From: Chrysemys picta bellii
Lineage: Eukaryota
Length of the DNA: 64,000 nucleotides
Assembly (NCBI RefSeq): GCF_011386835.1
Contig: NC_088815.1
Location: 10,478,001 to 10,542,000, forward strand
Reading direction: 5' to 3'
Positions 1-11,980 of this stretch are shown here, in pieces. Every line of letters starts with the position of its first letter. Position 1 is the stretch's first letter. The notes beneath the pieces are model-generated. The model did not search any database and had not been told where the DNA came from. It saw only the letters and a list, made by a program, of their open reading frames with translations. A program made the position numbers and the translations under genes.

Positions 1-486
1 TTTTACAGATGGGAAACCGAGGCCCAGAGAGAGTCAGGAGTGTCTTTTCCACTGGCCTAAGCTGAGTTAGCTGGATGCTAAGTGTTTCTGAAGATAGCCC
101 CTAGAGGCCACAATTTTCAGATGGGCTCAGCTCTCATTGTGGCACCAGAATAAGTGATCACATTTTCAAAAGCAAGTTGAGCACCAAACTCTTTTAAAAA
201 CCCCCCATAGACATCACAGGGGGAGCCTGGAGGTGGGAGTGGAGGGGGTTGAAAACCCTGCCCCTCCTGAGGGTGCTGGAAAATCTGCCCAGGAAAAATT
301 CCCCCCGCCCTCCGCCCCCCGGGTGACTTGCCCAAGGTGACATGGGAAGTCAGTGGCACCTTTCGCCAGCGCCGAAGTCACTTCCCCCTGCTACATCAGA
401 CCCTCTCCTGTGGGATGTGCTGTTCAATGGATGGGAGGAGAACGGAAGGAGGTGTTGCCAAACGAGTGACTTTCTTGTACAAAAGG

Positions 487-492
487 TTTATT
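487..492 (-). terminator. Candidate polyadenylation signal for a long S1PR4 3' UTR
   Basis: AATAAA on the minus strand followed by CCTTTTGTACAAGAAAGTCAC; no transcript evidence. Confidence 0.3.
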
Positions 493-1895
493 GCAGAAGA
501 AGTGGACTTACAAAACCCCTGCTCCTCTTTCGCTAGAGGTGGCTCAGCCCAGCTGGAGTCTCTTGAGAGCAGCCCTCAGAGCCGTGTCTCGAGTCACATG
601 CAAGGAGGAGCCCCTGCTTTTCATGCTACAGGGATGTTCACTAAGAACCTGGCCTTCTTTGGCAGTGGAGATGCTCTCGGCCTCTGGGGTCGAGCAAGGT
701 TAGCTGGTTCCTCTTTCATTTGCAACAGGGAATGGAAAATAAGAAAGACAGTTCTCCCCCCAAGAAATGCATCCCCTCCCCCACCCCCCGCACATTGCTT
801 CTCATAGTAGCTACAAGAAGGCGCCGTTCCACCTTGCTTTGCTGGAGCAATGCAGAACAGAGCTCTCTGCCCACTAGTGCCACACCAGAGCCTTGCTTTC
901 CTACCCCAGAACCCTCTCTCCCATCAGCACCAAATGGGGGGACGACACCCCCCGTGGCGTCCTTCAGCATGTCCGTTTGGCATGGTGGAGCCCGGCTGCA
1001 TGCAGCCAGCCAGCGCCCCCAGCATGTCTCCTGTAGCCTGCTACAGCCCTCCACGCACCTCTTCCACAGCCCTCCTGAGCTAGTGCGTCCAAGCAAGCCC
1101 TGCTACAGCCGTCAAACACTGCCCAAGCCCCCTGAGACCCAGCCACCCCGACCACCCCCTTCCAGCATTGCCACCTGCTTTGGATTGCCATGCAGCCCTG
1201 CCCACCCATTCAGCATGGCCGTACGGCCACTATGCCCACCCGGCACTGCCAGGGCCACCCCACCTGTCCAGCCTTGTTGCATTCCTGCCACAGCCAGCCA
1301 CAAGGGCCACCGGCTCTGCCGTTCCCATGCAGAGTGACGACACATGCCCACCCTTTGCTGCTACACTGCCTAGCACTGCAGTGCCCCTGCCAGCAGCATC
1401 CCGTGATGCTGGAGCCACGTGGCAACACCCTTCCCCTGCCACAGGTACCCAGCAAGGCCCCAGCTGAACCATCAGGGCCAGAGTCCCAGGTGATGGCCGA
1501 ATGGGCAGAGAGACACCCACAGGCTTAGAGAAGAGAGCCCCAGTACGCCACTCTCAATGGGCCAGTCAAGACACCTGGGCAGGCGGGAGGCTAATGCAAT
1601 CTCAGGCTTCCTCACTGTTGTAAGGCTTAAGCCTGGGAGTAGGAGTCAGGACTCCTGGGTTCAATCCCTAGCTGTGACCCTGGAGCCTCAGTTTCCCCTC
1701 TGTAGGTTGGGGACTGGCCTATTGGGAGATTAAATTCATTACCTGAGCAAATCTTGTACTGCTTCTTTCAGGCAAATTCCCATTGACTTTGGGGGTGGGG
1801 GGTTGAGGAAAGTCCTCAGGACCGGGCCCATAAATGCCTCTCTCTTTCTTGGGAATCCTCGCCCTACACAATGGATCGCAGGGTTTGGGGCACAG

Positions 1896-1898
<3 letters not shown>

Positions 1899-1926
<28 letters not shown>
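1899..1926. repeat. (CA)14 microsatellite
   Basis: Seen directly. Confidence 0.95.
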
Positions 1927-1929
<3 letters not shown>

Positions 1930-2819
1930 TCTCTTGGTGCAATGCTGTAAGTTGCCTGTTGCAAAACCCTGTTTGCAAAAGGTTCCTGGAAAGACGCAGC
2001 GTTGCGCTCGCTGCCATTTCCATGCCAGGTTGGAGAGGAAGGGGAAATGGAGCCGCGTCCCTAAGGGCCCGACCCCAAAGCCCATGGACGTCCCAGGGAG
2101 TAAGTGTCCTGCCCGGCCGTTGCCGTTCCGCACCCGGAACCAGCTCCTCCGCCGTGGCCAGGGCTAGCCCTTCGCCACGGGGATAGCCGAGCGGGTGCCA
2201 GGCCGGCTGGTGTGCTGGAAACATGCCCAACCTCCCGAAAGGAGCCCACCCCGAGCTGCACCCACCCCCTGGATCGCTGCCAGGGCTGTCACTGGTCTCC
2301 CATTCAGTGTGGCGGGCAGCCCGTCCAGCCTGGAACACCGTCAGGCCCCTAATTGCAGACGTGCCTATGCCACGGGCCGGAGGCACAACAGGCCTGTAAG
2401 CCACTGCTGTCAGGGCTGTGACACATGCACCGTATGTCCCGGCACAGCACCAGGCCCACAGGAATGGAGTCAGGCCAGTGGTTGCAGCTATGCCCCGGCC
2501 GGGGGGGTTAACCCCGTCCCACTTGCAGATTCACTGGCTGCACCTAAGCGGCTGATTCATTTCATTCAAACGCCCAGCCACGTCGACCGGGCTCTCGCTG
2601 CGGGGCTGCATCAGCCTGGCGAGACGGGGATGGGAATCGCTGGATGGCTTCGCTCCCCAGCGGTCGAACGCCCACGGTTCATCAGCGGCATCACAGGGAC
2701 GGGGAGTCACCGCTCGCCACAATCTGCGAGCGAGCAAGCTGCCCTCAGCCCTGGGGCTGCCCATTGTGCACCAGAGCCTGGAGCAGTGCCCAGCCCATAA
2801 CCGTGGGCACAGCCTACAC

Positions 2820-3119
2820 CAGGGGTTGGCAGCCTTTCCAAAGTGGTGTGCCGAGTTTTCATTTATTCACTCTGATTTAAGGTTTCGCGTGTCAGTCATA
2901 CATTTTAATGCTTTTAGAAGGTCTCTTTCTAGAAGTCACTAAACTATTGTGGTATGTAACGTAAATAAGGTTTTTAAAATGTTTAAGAAACTTCATTTAA
3001 AATTAAATTCAAATGCAGAGCCCCCCGGACCGGTGGCCAGGACCCGGGCAGTGTGAGTGCCACTGAAAATCAGCTCGCGTGCCGCCTTCGGTGCGCGTGC
3101 CATAGGTTGCCTACCCCTG
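2820..3119. mobile_element. Non-autonomous hAT MITE
   Basis: TIRs CAGGGGTTGGCAGCCT / AGGTTGCCTACCCCTG; perfect 8-bp TSD GCCTACAC (2812-2819, 3120-3127). Confidence 0.9.
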
Positions 3120-3831
3120 GCCTACACCCAGACGCAGCGTCCAGCCCATAACTCCACGCACCCCCCAGACACACTGAAACAATAGCCCAGCCGGTACTTG
3201 CTGACACACACATTGGACGAGGAATGACTTTGCCTCAGTCCCATACAGCTGCCCTGAGCTCACTGCCCTGCTCAGCCTTAGGCTGTGCTGAACCCAAGTC
3301 TTAGGGGCGTCATACGCCTTCCGGCACCGGATCCACCGACATCTAGTTCCCTGCAGTCGTCTCCTTTATGCCCCCCCACACCCTCTTCTCAAAGCAAGTG
3401 CCCAGTGTCAGGGACCAGGATATATGGGCGGCCTTGCCTAGTGGTTAGAGCAGCTGGCGTTAGAGGCCAGAACCAAGGGTCACAGCTGGAGTCAGAGCCC
3501 AGGATCGGAATCAGAGTCAGAAGTCGGGAATCAGAACCAGGTTATCTGGAGGGAGGGAGGGAGGGCAGGGCAGAAGCCGTGGGAAATGTTTTGAGCAGCC
3601 AGCATAATTCATGCTGCTGCTTCTGGGCTTAAGAGCAAGCCTGCTGGCTTCTTCCGTCAATCGGGTGGGGCGGTCCGTGATGTGGGCTAGCTGACCCAGC
3701 CCACCTGTTCCCATGAGGCTATCAGGAGCCCGAGCGGGAGCAGCTGCTGGGCCTTACTCCTGACACCCAGTCCCAGCCATGAGGGCAAGTCCCCATGGGC
3801 AGGCCCCCTCCTGGAGCCGGCCGCCATCCCC

Positions 3832-5142
3832 TCAGTTACTGGCAAGGTTGCTCATCATGCTGGAGTTGCTGGAGAGAGGCTCCCTAGGCCGGGCCCGGGC
3901 GTTGAGCACCACGGAACGGCGGAAGCTGTCGCGAGTCCGGCGGAGGCTCTCGCGAGTCCGCAGGGAGCTCTCGGTCGAGGATCCCGAGTTGATATCGGCC
4001 ATGAGCAAGCAGTCCCCAGGCCCATGGAGCCCGAGGCGGATGCAGCAGCAGCAGACGAAGCACAGCACGGCCCGGCGCACCTCCAGGCTGCGGAAGGAGT
4101 AGATGAGGGGGTTGATGGCTGAGTTGAGCAATGCCAGGGCCAGGGCCCAGTCCATGCCCTGCAGCGGCTTGCAGGTCTGGGACTCGCAGAAGACGTCGAG
4201 GAGCAGCAAGCCGAAGAGCGGGCTCCAGCAGAGAATGAAGGCCCCCAGTATCATCAGGACGGTCTTGAGCAGCCGCAGGGACCTATTGCGGCTGTGGCGG
4301 GTGACGGCCTGCTGGGAGCTGGCCCAGACCAGGCGGTAGATAGAGGCGTAGAGGCCGATGATGCCCAGCAGGATCATACTGAACATGGCCACGCAGAAGA
4401 GGACGTAGTTCTTGGAGTAGAGGGGCAGGAGGGTGGAGCAGCTGGGGAAGTCACACAGGCAGTTCCAGCCCAGCAGAGGCAGCATCCCAATGAGGATGGC
4501 CAAGGCCCAGCAGGAGACGATGAGACTGCGCAGGCGTAAGGTCTTGCTGGCCTCGTTCTCGGCAATGGGCCTCACCATGGTGCTGTAGCGCTCGATGGCC
4601 GTCACCAGCAGGCTGAAGGTGGAGGCGGCCAGGGCGATGAAGAGGACGCCCTCCCGGAGGAACCACAGCTCAGGCGTCAGCTGGAAGGTCCGGCTGCCCG
4701 ACAGGCAGATGTTGCAGATATAGGCCACCCCAGCCAGCAGGTCGCTCACCGTGATGCTGGCGATGCAGGAGTAGACCCACCGGCGGGCATGCAGGCTCCT
4801 CACGATGGCTATCAGCACCAGCAGGTTCTCCACCACAATGAGGCAGCTAATGGTGATGAAGGCCACCTTGAGGAGGCCCATCTTGTCCTCCTGGGGCCGC
4901 CGCCTGCCCAGCTTCCCCGTGTAATTGTAGTGCTGCAGGATGAGGTTGATGTTCTGCCTGGCTGCCAGCTGCAGACATGAGTCCACGCTATACAGCAGGC
5001 TAACCCTGGCCTCGGGGATGTCAGTTAGGAGAGAAGGGAGAGAGGGATCTACTGAACGGCTTAGCCCTGGAGCAGGCATCTTCTGAGGAACCGGCAAGCC
5101 CTGAGGAAGAGCAAAGCCCAGAGCTAGGGAAAGCACAAACAT
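3832..5142 (-). CDS. S1PR4: Sphingosine 1-phosphate receptor 4 (class A GPCR), single coding exon; in-frame ATGs at 5142 (436 aa) and 5079 (415 aa)
   Basis: ORF shows ILQHYNYTGKL, ENLLVL, SDLLAG, LREG, FSLLVTAIERY, LPLLGWNC, LLPLYSK, LLKTVLMIL, NSAINPLIY, CCCCIRLGLHGPGDC, matching remembered S1PR4. The ORF-track start at 5328 lies upstream of a polypyrimidine-CAG acceptor (exon starts 5218), so it is treated as intronic. Confidence 0.95.
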   Translation of the reverse strand: MFVLSLALGFALPQGLPVPQKMPAPGLSRSVDPSLPSLLTDIPEARVSLLYSVDSCLQLAARQNINLILQHYNYTGKLGRRRPQEDKMGLLKVAFITISCLIVVENLLVLIAIVRSLHARRWVYSCIASITVSDLLAGVAYICNICLSGSRTFQLTPELWFLREGVLFIALAASTFSLLVTAIERYSTMVRPIAENEASKTLRLRSLIVSCWALAILIGMLPLLGWNCLCDFPSCSTLLPLYSKNYVLFCVAMFSMILLGIIGLYASIYRLVWASSQQAVTRHSRNRSLRLLKTVLMILGAFILCWSPLFGLLLLDVFCESQTCKPLQGMDWALALALLNSAINPLIYSFRSLEVRRAVLCFVCCCCIRLGLHGPGDCLLMADINSGSSTESSLRTRESLRRTRDSFRRSVVLNARARPREPLSSNSSMMSNLASN

Positions 5143-5910
5143 AGGACAGGAGACGGCCCCGCGTCCAGCCAATGGAGCAGAGGTCAGAGCTGGCACCTCC
5201 GTCCAGCAGCCCGGGATTCTGCAAGAGAGTAAACATGAGATGTTTTGAAATGCGCACAGTTGTGTGGGCATGATAGTGATGGTTTCCTGTTGTTCAGGAC
5301 GGTTTCCTGTTGTGAGTGAAAGCATCACCGCTGCCCAGTTCAGCTGAAATCATTTCTCAGCAGTAAGGGCTGGGTTAATCTCCGCTGGTTCATTGGTAAA
5401 TGGGACCACGGGCGGATGGAACATGAATGTAGCAATAGCCCGGCTTTTCTGTTTCTACAGCTGGCTTGATGGTGACTCTAGCTAACTGATTGGATGGGGT
5501 CACTCCGGGCTGAGTGAAAGCTCCTTAGCCAAGGGGGCAAGGGAGCACTGCCATTCCTGCGCCTACACAAAGGCCTCTACTTTGGGATCTCAGCGTTTCT
5601 GTGAAAGTATTCCCAACGCTTGGCCTTGCATGGAGAGCTTGTTCCCTAATCTCCAGCCTCCCCTCGGCCACCAGTGCCCGGACACCCTCCTTGCATCCAT
5701 CAAGGAGAGGCCCTCAGTCTCCGGCCCAGCCCTCCGGTCTCAGATACATTAGCTCGCTTCCAGGGGTGCTTGGCACAACATGCTTCTTTGCACACAGACA
5801 CATGGAGGTGCAGAGCCCTTTGAAGGCGCCACTAGCTGTGGGCATCTGCAGGTCTCAGGCTAGGACTGAGCCCAGAGTCTGCTGGAAAACCCTGTATTAA
5901 TACTTAGCAC

Positions 5911-6034
5911 TAGGGTGACCAGATGTCCCAATTTTATAGGGACAGTCCCAATATTTGGGGTTTTTCTTATATAGTCACCTATTACCCCCCCCATCCCCGT
6001 CCCGATTTTTCACACTTGTTATCTGATCACCCTA
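5911..6034. mobile_element. Short hAT MITE in S1PR4 intron 1
   Basis: TIRs TAGGGTGACC / GATCACCCTA; 8-bp TSD CTTAGCAC (5903-5910, 6035-6042); sister copy at about 20495-21075. Confidence 0.9.
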
Positions 6035-6329
6035 CTTAGCACTGACGTTGTCCCTTTCATCTGAGGATCTGAAAGCACCTTACAAAGATAAGTCACATCA
6101 CCCCCCATTGGACAGGCAGGGAAACTGAGGAACAGAAAGGGGCTGTGGATTGCCCGAGGTCCCACAGGGAGCCAGGGGCAGAGCCAAGAGTAGAACCCAG
6201 GAGTCCTGGCCACATTGCAATGCTGGTATTAATGACTGACCTGCTTTCAAAACCAAGGAAGGTCTGGATCAGGAACAACCCCCCACCTCTCACCACCCCC
6301 TGTCCCCATTAAGCTCTGGCTGGACTCAC

Positions 6330-6430
6330 CTGTCAGGAAGGGGCCGGAGGCTCTGTTGTCTAGCCTGGATCCTGCGCTGGGCAGAGGTAGCAGTGAGGGC
6401 TGCTCGTGCAGGGTAACTGGCACTTGTACC
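6330..6430 (-). other. S1PR4: Probable non-coding exon 1 of S1PR4 (5' boundary approximate)
   Basis: Minus-strand CAG|GTGAGT donor at 6330/6329 pairs with the acceptor TTTACTCTCTTGCAG| at 5219/5218; no ATG in the exon. Confidence 0.6.
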
Positions 6431-6443
6431 TAGCAGAAGAAAA

Positions 6444-6481
6444 AAAAAGGGGAAGTTGCAACACGCCTTAAACTAACCACA
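6444..6481. promoter_or_regulatory. Candidate S1PR4 promoter motifs: PU.1/ETS-like AAAAAGGGGAAGT (6444-6456) and RUNX AACCACA (6475-6481)
   Basis: Motifs seen directly upstream of the putative exon 1; function inferred from known haematopoietic promoter grammar. Confidence 0.45.
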
Positions 6482-8279
6482 GTTTTTGCAGGATGGACCC
6501 ACCCAACACAGCTGAGAGGTGGTGGAGGAGGCGTAAAACAATCGAGGGCACCTTCAAGTTCAGCTACAAGGCAGAAGCAGCCTCCCCTGATCTCCACTGA
6601 TGCTCATGTTCCTGGAGCTCTTCACGCCATGCCGGGGGGTGGTAGAGGTTAGCTGGTCTCCAGACTCTAGGTGAAGAACAGCAGCATCTCCCCACGGACA
6701 GCAAGGGCCGCTCTTGCCAGCAAGCAACGGACCAAGGTGCAAAGGCCGTTGGCAGAGATGCACCCACAGCGGGAGACATCCGGGGCGCAAGAGGAGAATA
6801 CATAGCTCACCATGCTGCAGGGATGGTGGCAGCTTCTGCAGGGTCCAGTGCAAAGTTAAAGGGGCAGGGCCCTGTCCAGTTCTCTGCCCTCCCTTCTCCT
6901 GAGCACCCGCATCGCCCTCCTTCCACCCTACAGACGTCCCATTCCCACCCCACCCTCACGATGCACCTACCCCCACCCACACAACACCCCCTCGCCAGTC
7001 CCTGTTTGGACAAGACTGCCAGGAGGTGGAGCTGAAGCCCATGAGTTCCCCCCATGCCGTACTAGTGCTGGATTCGGACAGGGCCGTGGGGCAGGGTCTG
7101 CATGGTCCAGGGAAGATCGAGGTTCTCGGCATGGGCTGAAAGGCAGCAGGGGGGTCTCTCCCCACATCAGAGGAGTTCTGCCAGAGTAATGCCTGCGGGA
7201 TCAGGCCTGTCACAAGTAGTAAGCAGCATGGGGGGTCTGCTATGGGGTTCCCTGAGCTAGAAGAGGACCCAGGTGTCCTGATCGGAAAGGGGATTCTTTG
7301 CGGAGGTCACTGGTCACAGATAAGACTATTGGTCATGTGCTGAGAGTCAGGCACTGCCCAAGCACCCTGCTGAATCACGCTCAGCTGAGGGCGCTCGCAG
7401 TCAACACGCCCAGTGGCCGAGCGGTCCCGGTGCTGAGAGCCGCAGAATCCCACTGGCACCGGCAGGTGGGCAGGAGACTGGAGATAGCCATCGCTGTGCC
7501 CCCATCCTGCTGGCGTGGAGGTGCAGGCCACACGCTGAAAGGATGGGGGCCATCTTCTGCCCCTGGCAGGTACTGCTGGCCGCAGCAAAATCACAGCCCT
7601 CCCTTAAGGCAGAGAGGCATATCTCACCCGGCTTTGTGCCCAGACTGACTCTGCAGGCACCTTTCCTGCCAAGGCCCTGAGCCTGCAAGCAGGCCCAGGA
7701 AACCCTCCCACTCCGCGCCGTTCCAACACGACACGCCCGACGGGAGAGGAATCCCAAGCATTACAAGGGTGCATGCAAGGGGCTGTCCCATCAGGGACCC
7801 ATTCGCTCCTGCTGGGGCTTTCTGCAGGCAAATGGGCTGAACTCAGCTGGGTCCTTCTCACGCTGCTTGCTCAGTACGGGCTGATTTGCATCGTATTCTT
7901 CTCAGTCACTGACTCACAGCTGTGCCACCTGGCCCCCTGCACCTCTGAGAAGGGAAACCCCCTCCCATCGAGGCCAACCAGGGGCTCCTGTGTTCCCACT
8001 TAGCTGCTTCTGCCTCACGCAAGCTACGCTGGTGCTGTGCGGCGTGGAAACTTGCAAGTAAATTCTGCTGTTGGCACTAGGAGGTGCCGTTCCTGCCTAC
8101 CTCCCCGAGCAAGGAGAAGCTGATGAGACAACTGAGAATAAAACCTCACCAAGGAAACGGTGTTGTAAAAACGTATAGATTTAAAAATTGGGGGTGGAAA
8201 GGGTGGTAGTAAAGATGCTCGTGAAAAGTGCTGGATTGCATCTGTCTACAATCGACAGACCCGTTATCTGTCACTCAAT

Positions 8280-9725
8280 CATCAACGTTACATGGATTAC
8301 AGTCAGGGCCGGCTCCAGGCACCAGCATTCCAAGCAGGTGCTTGGGGCGGCCACCGGCAAGGGGCGGCAGTCTGTGTGTTTTTGCCGCCCCAAGCAGCGC
8401 GCTGAATTGCCAACGCGGACGGCGGGGGCAGTCCGTGTGCCATTAGGGCGGCACGCGCATTTCCGCGGGGGCGGCAATTCCTCGGCAGCTTCTATGTTCA
8501 GCTGCCCGGGGCGGTAATTCGGTGGCTTCTGTCTTCCGGCTGAAGATAGAAGCTGCCGCCGAATTGCCGCCACCACAGAAACGCGCGTGCCGGCCTAACG
8601 GCACACGGACTGCCCCCGCTGTCGGCGCCCGCCCTGCTTGGGGCAGCAAAAACAGTAGAGCCGGCCCTGATTACAGTCTGGTTCCTGACAGATCCCAAAA
8701 CGGGGAATCGTCGTGGAACGGGTCGATTTCTAGTGGGTTCCCACAGGGAACAGTTCTTGGCCCTCTGCTATTTAACATTTTTGTCAATGACCTGGCAGAA
8801 AACATACAGTCGTTACTGATCAAGTTCATCGGTGTTGCAGAGATTGGGGGAGTGGGAAATCATGAAGAAGAAATCACCGACACAGACAATCTGAATCGCT
8901 CCGTAAGCCGGAGCGCAGGCAAACAACGCATGTTTTGATATGGCCAAAGATAAGATCATACACTTAGGAACAAAGACCATCACCCACGCTTACAGGATGG
9001 GGGACTCTGTCCTGGGAAGCAGCAACTTGAAAAGATGTGGGGGTCACGGTAGCTACTCAGCTGAACATGAACACCCAGTGCGATCCAGTGGCCAAAAGGG
9101 CTAATGCATAAACAGGGGAATATCACGTATTTGTAGAGAGGTTATTACCTTAGTATTTGGCACTGGTGTGATTGCTGCTGGAACACTATGTCCAGTTCCA
9201 GTGTCCAGAATTCAAGACGGATGTTGATCAACTGAAGGTGGTTCTGCAAAGATCCAGGAGAATGAGTCAAGAACTGGAAGCCAGGCCTTGTAGCAGGGAG
9301 ATCAATCTATTTAGTTATCAAAGAGACGTTGAAGGGATGACTTGAGCCGTCTATAAATACCTACATGTGGACCAGAAATTTCATAATAGTGGGCTCTTCA
9401 GTCTAGCCTGCAAAGGTTTAATAAGATCCAGTGGCTAGAAACGGAAGCTAGAAAAATTCAGGCTAGAAATAAGGTGCCAGTTTTTACTAGCGTGGGTAAT
9501 TAACCTTTGGAGGAACTTACCAAGGGCTGTGATGGATTCTCCATCACTGGACATTTTAAAATCATGGTTGGATGTTTTTCTGAACGATCTGGCCTAGTTC
9601 ATCCCCTCACCCATCTGTTGCACTTGAAACACTAGTTAATTCAGGGAAGTCCTACGGCCTGGGTTGTGCTGGAGATCAGACTGGATGCTCCCTTCTGAGC
9701 TGGAAAAAAAATAAAAATCTATGGA
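8280..9725 (+). mobile_element. CR1 LINE 3' fragment (RT remnant), interrupted by a MITE
   Basis: SGFPQGTVLGPLLFNIFVNDL RT motif in ORF 8522-8938 followed by a CR1-type 3' region. Confidence 0.85.
8304..8669. mobile_element. hAT MITE with internal palindrome, nested in CR1
   Basis: TIRs CAGGGCCGGCTC / GAGCCGGCCCTG; 8-bp TSD ATTACAGT (8296-8303, 8670-8677). Confidence 0.9.
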
Positions 9726-9989
9726 GCTGTGAACATACAAATCTAACTATCTGTCCATCATCAGCATACATATTCCACTGTCTGTCTGGGTCTTTAGAAA
9801 GTCGCTCATCACTGTGGCATCTGCCTATCCTGGAGAACGGAGCCCTCCGTCTACCCACCGTAGCAGGGCAAGCTTTCCCATGTCAGCGGGCGCCAGGCCT
9901 GACCTCTGAACATACAGTCTTTGTCCCCATGTGAGGTGGCTGACAAATTTGTTCCAATTATGATGGTTTGTCTGAATGGGGCCCCTGGG

Positions 9990-10836
9990 CAGGCCCGCTG
10001 ACAGGGAGGGCAAAGGGGGGAATTGCCCAGGTGATTTAAAAGGGCCCGGAGGCCTCCAGCCGCCACCAGCACAGTGGGGCTAAAGCCGGTTTCTTGCCCA
10101 CCCTCGCTCTGCGCCGCTCCCGGAAGCAGCTGATTCGTCCCTGCAGCCCCTGGGGCAGACGGGGGTCTCTGTGCGCTGCCCCTGCCCCAAGTGCCGACTC
10201 TGCAGTTCCCATTGGCTGGGAACTGCGGCCAATGGGAGCTGAAGGGGCGGTGCCTGTGGGCAGCAGTGCCTGGAGACCCCCCAGGACCCCCCACCTAGGA
10301 GCCGCTGCCAGAGGGGTTTGCTGGTCGCTTTCGGGAGCTGTCCGAGGTAAGTGCCGACCCCCAGATCCCCTCCTTCACCCCAACTCCCTGCCCCAGCCTA
10401 GAGCCCACACCCCCTCCTGCACCCAAACGCCCTCCCAGAGCCTGCACCCCCTCCCCCTCCCCCACCCAAACTCCCTCCCAGAGCCTGACTCCCACCCCCT
10501 CCCCCACCCAAACTCCCCCCCAGAGCCTGACCCCCACCCCACCCACACCCAAACTTCCTCCCAGAGCCTGCACCCTGCCCCCCAACCCCCTGCCCCAGCC
10601 TGGTGAAAGTGAGTGGCGGTGAGGGACAGCGAGCGACGGGGGTGGGGGAATGGAGTGAGCAGGGGCCGGGACCTCGGAGAAGGGGAGGGCACCAGCAGCG
10701 CAGCCGGCAGCTCACTGGGCACCAGCCAGCGCAGGCGCATCACCGCCTCTGTCAGGTGGCCCGTGTCCGCGCAGGCGTGCGCGGGGGCTCATTGACTATT
10801 CTGGCCTGGGGCCCGGAATTGCTGTCGTTGGGCCTG
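9990..10836. mobile_element. hAT-type non-autonomous element with internal C-rich ~32-35 bp tandem repeats (about 10380-10600)
   Basis: TIRs CAGGCCCGCTGACAG / CTGTCGTTGGGCCTG; TSD CCCCTGGG / CGCCTGGG. Confidence 0.75.
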
Positions 10837-11980
10837 CGCCTGGGAAGCCGTGTGGCCTAGTAGTGAGGACAATGGGCTACGAGTCAGGAGACCAGCATTC
10901 TATTCCCATCTCTGACCTGCTGGGTGACCTTGGGCATGTCATCGCCCCCTCTCTGTGCCTCAGTTTCCCCTCCCACCCTTTGTCTGCTTTGACGGTAAGC
11001 TCTCTGGGGCAGGGACAGCCTCTTGCTAGGTGTATGTACAGCACCAAGCACACTAGGGCCAGGGCCTTAAGGCATTATTGTAATACCAATACAAATGATA
11101 ACCATAGTCCCTTGGCGATGGGACAACCGAAAGGCCTTTGGGGTCTGCTTTTGAAAAAACAGAGTTAGCCTGGCTTCTCTTTTTCCTGGTGCTGTTTTGT
11201 GTCTGCTAAGAATTGTGTCTGATCCACGCTCAGGGCCAGATTCTGCTGTCAGTCACCCCACGTAAACCAGACTTACCCGTGCGTCACCAGCAGCACCATC
11301 TGCTTCCCAGTGAGCCAGGTCATTTATGGAATGTGGCTGGGATTTTCAAGGGGGCAAAAGGGAATAAGGGGTCCAGGCCCCACTGAAATTCAACAGGAAT
11401 TGGGGCCTCTAGTCAGTCTCCTTTGAGAATCCCAGCCTGAGCGCCCACCTGGATTCGCACAGCGACCCACACCACTTTGATTGGCAGCACAGCTCACGTT
11501 GGGCTTCATGTGATGGAGAAACGCTGCTCTTCTGAGAAGCAATAAATCCACCGGCCCAACGGCGAGTCATATGGACTTGACACAGGCAGTGACGGGTAAC
11601 GGTCACAAGCAGCTGTCAGCATCTCCTGTTGCATCGGCCTGGGTGGGAGCAGCATTTTCGTCCTCATCACTCGGTGATGCTGAGTCCCTATCTCTGCAAA
11701 TACATCCTGAGTGTTATCTCAGGGCTCCTCCTTATCACTCTGTTTCAGTTCTTGTCCTTTCCCCTCAAGCCAATCTCACAATCTGCTTCCGATGCCGCGA
11801 TAACTGGGCATCTGCTCACAAGAGCCGGGGGGTGAGTATCAGACTCATTCAGGCTCTCACGCAAAAATGGGTGTGTGGAGACGTAAGTCACATGAACCCT
11901 GGGTCAAGATTCACCTGCAATCTGAGTCTTTGACTGCATTCTCCCTTGGGACCTGTCCATCCTCCTTCCAGTCAGGGCAT

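Noticed and set aside
720-1528. Overlapping 80-205 aa Pro/Ala/Gln-rich ORFs
   Set aside because: No recognisable domain or splice structure; open frames on both strands are expected in GC-rich sequence.
1-3700. NCLN exons expected beyond S1PR4 by synteny
   Set aside because: No nicalin-like peptide found in any frame; the gene presumably lies left of the window.
3779-4980. Plus-strand ORFs over S1PR4
   Set aside because: Antisense shadows of a GC3-rich coding sequence.
5143-5328. 498-aa S1PR4 starting at 5328
   Set aside because: The start lies upstream of a good splice acceptor at 5219/5218, so the extension is probably intronic.
8522-8938. Reverse transcriptase-like ORFs (also 35719-36324, 40165-40632, 52053-52256) as host genes
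   Set aside because: Truncated, frameshifted CR1 remnants.
10380-10600. Tandem ~33-bp units resembling a CRISPR array or a Gly/Trp-rich ORF
   Set aside because: No unique spacers, eukaryotic context, and the repeats are internal to a TIR/TSD-bounded MITE.
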